This document shows positions 59,534 to 64,000 of a DNA stretch of 64,000 bases, piece after piece. The notes under the pieces are model-generated. The model had not been told where the DNA came from and ran no database searches. It saw only the letters and a list, made by a program, of their open reading frames with translations. This stretch comes from a virus (Duplodnaviria; Caudoviricetes): IMG/VR virus record IMGVR_UViG_2588253758_000006, one strand, 5' to 3'. A program made the position numbers and the translations under genes. The first letter of the stretch is position 1, and the number at the start of each line of letters is the position of its first letter.

Positions 59534-59586
59534 TTTTTTGTGAAATTAGATATATAATAGATAATCAAAGTATTATATATCACAAT

Positions 59587-60780
59587 CTAACAAACTAACA
59601 GAATTGCATTCAACCGCTCTTTGGTGATGGTGTAGTACCGTCCAGTGGCGGTCTTTCGCTCGGTACTGCCGTCGTTGCGTAGAGCGTAAGTCGAATAGTA
59701 TTGCGATGCTGGCGATGGCTGCAACTCCCAATTGTGTTGCAAAATTCTCCGTAGGTGGGGATGCTCTACCCGAATACCTCTCACCTCCAACATACCCACC
59801 ATATCCACCACACAAAACATCAGTTCCGTGAGCTGCTCGACCTCCATTATCTCGGCAAGGATTTGGAGCATCTCGTTTTCTGCCTTATTGCGGTTGTGGT
59901 TTATCATCTTACGCAAAGCATTGGTAATTAATAGGTCGTGCCGAAACCACATTCGGGACTCTTTGGTAGTGGTGAGCCGACGATGCAACAAGTGCCACAG
60001 CAATGCAGGTAGCTCCTTTTTCATTTCACTGAGAAGGTTGGGGTTATCAGTGGCAAGGGTTGGAATTTTCCGCACCCAGTAGCGTGTCTCGCCCTGCTCG
60101 ATGTAGATGGGGTTCAGTTCGTTGTTGGAGTTCAGAACGAATTTTGCGAAAAACTCTACCTCATTGCGGTCTTTGCCTTTGGCTTCAGATTTATAACTGC
60201 GTGCGGTTGAGAGGTTTTTAATTCGCTCGGAGTCCTCTTTTCTGTCGAGAAGCACTTCATCAACGGCAACTATCAATTTTGTCGCCCAATCAGAATTGAA
60301 CTGACTGCGAAAATCCTCGTTGGTATTGAAGGTCATATTTGCCCCAAAAATCGCTTTGAGCAGATTTAGGAATGTGGTCTTACCTGTATTTTTCTCTTTA
60401 GATACCAATAAGATAATCGGCAGACGTTGGAGCGGTTGCGTATAGAGCAACTGCAAGTAATCAAGCCCCATTTCGTACTGCTCCCCAAAAATATGGCGTA
60501 AAAACGCCTCTATTTTCAGAAGCTGACCTTGCTGCGGTTCAATCTCCACAGGCTCGTAATCATTGAGGAATGTGCCGATGGTGCGTTGGTAGTTGGTGTG
60601 GCTCGGAACGCAACAAAAGCCGTCGTACTTCTCAATCAATGGTTTAATATCTGCTGAGTGGTCTCTCCTGAAAGTTTCATAATTCCATACCACTCGCATT
60701 TCGATAAAATCACCACTCAATAGCGGTTTGCGGACAATCTTATACAAGGTTGTAGCCACTCGGATATATCTATCTTCCAT
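59587..60780 (-). CDS. P-loop primase-helicase family protein (NBU Orf3-like)
   Basis: KNTGKTT Walker A, VAVDEV Walker B, EAKGKD, LNSNNE, TRYWVRK. Confidence 0.85.
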   Translation of the reverse strand: MEDRYIRVATTLYKIVRKPLLSGDFIEMRVVWNYETFRRDHSADIKPLIEKYDGFCCVPSHTNYQRTIGTFLNDYEPVEIEPQQGQLLKIEAFLRHIFGEQYEMGLDYLQLLYTQPLQRLPIILLVSKEKNTGKTTFLNLLKAIFGANMTFNTNEDFRSQFNSDWATKLIVAVDEVLLDRKEDSERIKNLSTARSYKSEAKGKDRNEVEFFAKFVLNSNNELNPIYIEQGETRYWVRKIPTLATDNPNLLSEMKKELPALLWHLLHRRLTTTKESRMWFRHDLLITNALRKMINHNRNKAENEMLQILAEIMEVEQLTELMFCVVDMVGMLEVRGIRVEHPHLRRILQHNWELQPSPASQYYSTYALRNDGSTERKTATGRYYTITKERLNAILLVC

Positions 60781-60782
60781 GT

Positions 60783-61088
60783 CTATCGTCCTCCTGTTTT
60801 ACGCCCTGCAAGCTCCATAGCAAGTTCGGCATCTACGATAATTTTTCGCCCTATTTGCGTGATTGCTTGGTCGATTTTTCCGCTCTTCTTGATTCGGTGG
60901 GCGGTCGGCATACTGCACCCGAATAGCCGGGCGATACCTACTATTCCATAGACGTGTTTTTTAGTGGTGCTATCTATTGCAGGCGTGAGAGCGGTGGCGG
61001 TTGTTGCTCCGGTATTTTGTTGCAGGTATAGAAACTCTTCACCTGTCATTTGCCAAATCGGCTTCTCTTTTAAATGATCAATATTCAT
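60783..61088 (-). CDS. DUF3853 excisionase-like protein (Orf2x-like)
   Basis: PIWQMTGEEF, VYGIVGIARLFGCS..TA.RIKKSG motifs. Confidence 0.9.
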   Translation of the reverse strand: MNIDHLKEKPIWQMTGEEFLYLQQNTGATTATALTPAIDSTTKKHVYGIVGIARLFGCSMPTAHRIKKSGKIDQAITQIGRKIIVDAELAMELAGRKTGGR

Positions 61089-61293
61089 TTTACAGTGTTA
61101 TTTGAATGAAACAATAGCCTTGTACTCGGGCTGTTAACTTGTTCGAACACTGCAAAGGTAGAGGGTGATATAAGTGGTGTGGATGTGGTATGAAATAAAA
61201 CAGTCGCCTGAATATCAGACGACTGCAAAATTATTTTAAGTGGTAAAAGTGGTGGACAGGTGGTGAAATGATACTCTTTGAGGTTTTATGAGT

Positions 61294-62310
61294 CTATTGT
61301 CCCAAAATAGACTTCAACTCCTTGGCGAACTGCACAGATTTTTGGCTCGGAATATCAGATACAGGCTCACGATATTTTGAGCCGTAGTAGCTCTCGGATA
61401 TTTCCAATTTGCGAAGCATATCGCCACGCCATACGGCTTTGTCTGCTCCTTTAATCTTCTCGCTGAGACAGTGAATCAGATAACACATCCGTGTTTTCTC
61501 GCCAGACTTGATTTTCAGCACAGCCGCTGTGACTTGATTGTTAAGAGTAGCATACAAATCAAGTTCTGAAATCGCTTCAAACTGCTGGTCGTTACATAGC
61601 TTATGAATAGCCGAAACAAGCCCCATATCGAAATACGCTGCCGACGGAGCAGTTGGTGCAACTGGTGCAACGGTTGGCGTAACTGTTTTTATTTCAGTGG
61701 GCAGATATTTTTCGACAATCTCTTGGAAGGTCTCCAACAAATCGCACAGGCTGGGGAAAGGATTAAAATGGTATCTTTTGGCAATCGCATCGCACTCTTT
61801 ATGCTTTTGATATATTTCATAAAGTTGTTCGGTGATGGCTTGATGTTGTGCGAGTGCTGATTCGTACTTATTCCAAGCATCATCATCGCTCAAGCCTTCG
61901 GGACGATCTACATCTTGATTTACCATTGCTGCATACTCACAAAACTCAGCCCCACAACTATTTAGCTTCGGGATAAGTTCTTCTATCTCACTGTGATGGT
62001 TCATCTCGATATTATTGCTAATACATTCGGGCTCAGCTTCATCAAATACAGCATCACTTTCGTAATATATTTCCAGAATTTTATCGAGTTCGCCTTTGAG
62101 ACTCGACAATACTATCGCCAATGTCTGCTTGTCCTTTTCAAAAAGCATATCTAGCATCATCTTCTCGAACTGCCCCACATCACGGTGCGTATAATAGAAA
62201 TCCACAGCCTTGCGGAAGGCGTCGAAATCCATCTCATCAAGCTCAATGAAATCGGTGTATATTGTTCGTAGCTGCTGAAGCTGCGGTAAAAATTCTGTGA
62301 TTTGGCTCAT
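61294..62310 (-). CDS. Hypothetical protein (Orf2 position of NBU-like elements)
   Basis: 338-aa ORF directly upstream of DUF3853. Confidence 0.75.
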   Translation of the reverse strand: MSQITEFLPQLQQLRTIYTDFIELDEMDFDAFRKAVDFYYTHRDVGQFEKMMLDMLFEKDKQTLAIVLSSLKGELDKILEIYYESDAVFDEAEPECISNNIEMNHHSEIEELIPKLNSCGAEFCEYAAMVNQDVDRPEGLSDDDAWNKYESALAQHQAITEQLYEIYQKHKECDAIAKRYHFNPFPSLCDLLETFQEIVEKYLPTEIKTVTPTVAPVAPTAPSAAYFDMGLVSAIHKLCNDQQFEAISELDLYATLNNQVTAAVLKIKSGEKTRMCYLIHCLSEKIKGADKAVWRGDMLRKLEISESYYGSKYREPVSDIPSQKSVQFAKELKSILGQ

Positions 62311-62317
62311 AGTTCAG

Positions 62318-63706
62318 TTATAGTTCAGTCTTTAAAATCCAATATCCTCCCGTCTTTAAAGCACCTCTAAATTCAATTTTGTTTGCTTCTTTGAGTTTGG
62401 CAAGGTGTCGTTTGATAGTTTTCAGACTCTTACCTGTTAGTTTAGAGAGGCTTGGGGCAGATATCCCCTCTTGTCTTTTGATTAAATCAAATAGGGTATC
62501 CTCAAAATTTATAGGGTCATTTATAGGGTCATTTATAGGGTCATTTATAGGGTCATACCCTGTAACTTTATCGGGTCGCCTAAAAGTTATCGTAAAGAAT
62601 CCCTTTGTCTCAAAAGTTGGTTCAGGCAAACCTGCTTTAATCATCGCCTCACGCATACGAGGGATACCCGATGCCACACGTTCCACTAAGTGCATACGTG
62701 TGAAAAGCCCGAAGACAAGAGGGTTTCTCGAAGCACTCTTACGTCCAAAGTTTTCAGCTACTTCTGAAAGGAGTCCGCCCGGATTGGATATTTCTACACG
62801 ATCATCATAAATCTCAACCATCGTATTTGCCCCCTGCTCGTAATAATCTCTGTGAGCAAGTGCATTGATTATCGCCTCTTTGAACACCTCCAACGGTATC
62901 TCCCAAACCTCCTTGCGAGGTCCCATACCCTCGATGATGTAAGCGACTTTGAGTTTATCCTTTATCCACGCCTCCGCTTGCAAGTATTGATTATAGAGTG
63001 TTCCTCCATACGTTTTATCGTCAATAATATGAACTCTTGAAGTGCCCTTAAAAAGCACACAACGAGTAATTGCTTGTGGGAAACGGTTTTCGGGGTGCTT
63101 GGCAAAAAACATTACACCACCATTTTTTATCTCATCGCTTTTTTCAAATACTTGTAAATTTTCTAATATTTGGTGAGTGGGTACATTTTTGGTGATGCCT
63201 GCTTCAAGGCAGAATATGTCGAAGTTTTCCTCGTCAAACTCTTTGTCGAAATTGAAATCATCGCACGGAATAGCATCGAAGAATATCTTATTGGCACGTT
63301 GAAAAAAGCTGCGTATCTCCTCGGCAGTAGTCAGTTTCTGTGAATTAGCACTCTCTCTTACATATATAGAACCCGAAAGCACATAGGGTCTATCCTTTCC
63401 CGATGGCACATCAAGCACCCAAACGATTTTGCCATCAACATCGACTTGGTAAATATCGACTTTGAGAGTTGGGGAAATATCTCGAATAGTATCCTGTATT
63501 GCCGACCGCTTGGGATTATCAATCTCTGCACCTACTATCCGTCCGCTGTCATCAACTCCGATTAGCACATAACCACCTTCGCTATTGGCAAAGGCACACA
63601 CCTCTTGCGAGAGCTCCCGAACTTTGGCAGGTACTCTCAATTTGAAATCTACATTATACCCTTCACCACTTGCGACTAAGGCTTTTATATCTTCTGCTGA
63701 TAACAT
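62318..63706 (-). CDS. Schlafen/AlbA_2 + HATPase_c_4 + HTH protein
   Basis: VDFK, CAFANSEGGYVLIGVDD, EAIINALAHRDY, EISNPGGL, SRNP, C-terminal wHTH. Confidence 0.9.
   Translation of the reverse strand: MLSAEDIKALVASGEGYNVDFKLRVPAKVRELSQEVCAFANSEGGYVLIGVDDSGRIVGAEIDNPKRSAIQDTIRDISPTLKVDIYQVDVDGKIVWVLDVPSGKDRPYVLSGSIYVRESANSQKLTTAEEIRSFFQRANKIFFDAIPCDDFNFDKEFDEENFDIFCLEAGITKNVPTHQILENLQVFEKSDEIKNGGVMFFAKHPENRFPQAITRCVLFKGTSRVHIIDDKTYGGTLYNQYLQAEAWIKDKLKVAYIIEGMGPRKEVWEIPLEVFKEAIINALAHRDYYEQGANTMVEIYDDRVEISNPGGLLSEVAENFGRKSASRNPLVFGLFTRMHLVERVASGIPRMREAMIKAGLPEPTFETKGFFTITFRRPDKVTGYDPINDPINDPINDPINFEDTLFDLIKRQEGISAPSLSKLTGKSLKTIKRHLAKLKEANKIEFRGALKTGGYWILKTEL
62507..62554. repeat. 12-bp tandem repeat x4 encoding DPIN
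   Basis: ATTTATAGGGTC repeated four times, in frame in the linker before the HTH. Confidence 0.95.
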
Positions 63707-64000
63707 AATTTTATTGCTTTTCTATTTGTGTTATCACTGTTGACACAATTCATAATACAAAGATAATCAGTTTCGTTTGTAGTTTATGAAATTTCCTAAA
63801 CTTTATCGTATATGCTGATAATCTACTACTTGAATCATATTTATAGTAATTCATTAAACCCAGAGTTATTATAAGTATGTTTATAATTCACGAGACTGCA
63901 TTACTTTTTCAGCCTCTCTATAAATATCTCTTTTATTTGCCTATCTGTGTGCCAAGGCACTTGTTTGCGTCACTCTATTATTGCAGGTATATTTATCATA

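Larger units (their letters stand above)
47474..64000 (-). mobile_element. NBU-like mobilisable integrative element with defence cargo (continues beyond the window)
   Basis: Order orf2-like, DUF3853, P-loop orf3, primase, DUF3408, oriT, mobC, relaxase, then cargo, all on the minus strand and ending at the att core. Confidence 0.75.

Noticed and set aside
1-64000. Retron, DGR, group II intron or prophage structural module
   Set aside because: No reverse transcriptase (YxDD), terminase, capsid or tail protein recognised among the ORFs

Overview
This is a 64-kb window with no housekeeping genes, from a Bacteroidales chromosome (TAnnTTTG-type promoters, Bacteroides-type mob, xis and rteC genes). 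It is a nested stack of integrative elements. (i) 1-~5590: a tandem-integrase mobilisable element that appears to have inserted into a third integrase gene. (ii) ~6910-30439: an island bounded by two tRNA-Asp 3'-end att copies. It carries an ICE leading-region-like gene run, an IS-split MTase/SNF2-helicase, a tRNA-like antisense structure and an IS-split integrase. (iii) ~30440-47473: a decayed segment with an integrase remnant, nested IS elements, a DUF2971 pseudogene, an rteC/xis/primase-helicase module and an AbiE toxin-antitoxin pair. (iv) 47474 to beyond 64000: an IS-free NBU-like mobilisable element ending at a tRNA-Ser att core. Its cargo is a two-methylase helicase-nuclease RM system and a DUF262 + ABC-ATPase + extended-YoeB operon. 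That operon is Menshen-like, has an orphan ribosome-dependent RNase effector and is the best candidate for a new system variant. Eleven IS copies (IS256 x3, IS3 x2, IS1634 x2, IS4 x2, IS630, IS1), one IS3 end fragment and one MITE were delimited by eye from terminal repeats and target duplications. Family calls rest on motif recognition only; no database searches were run.
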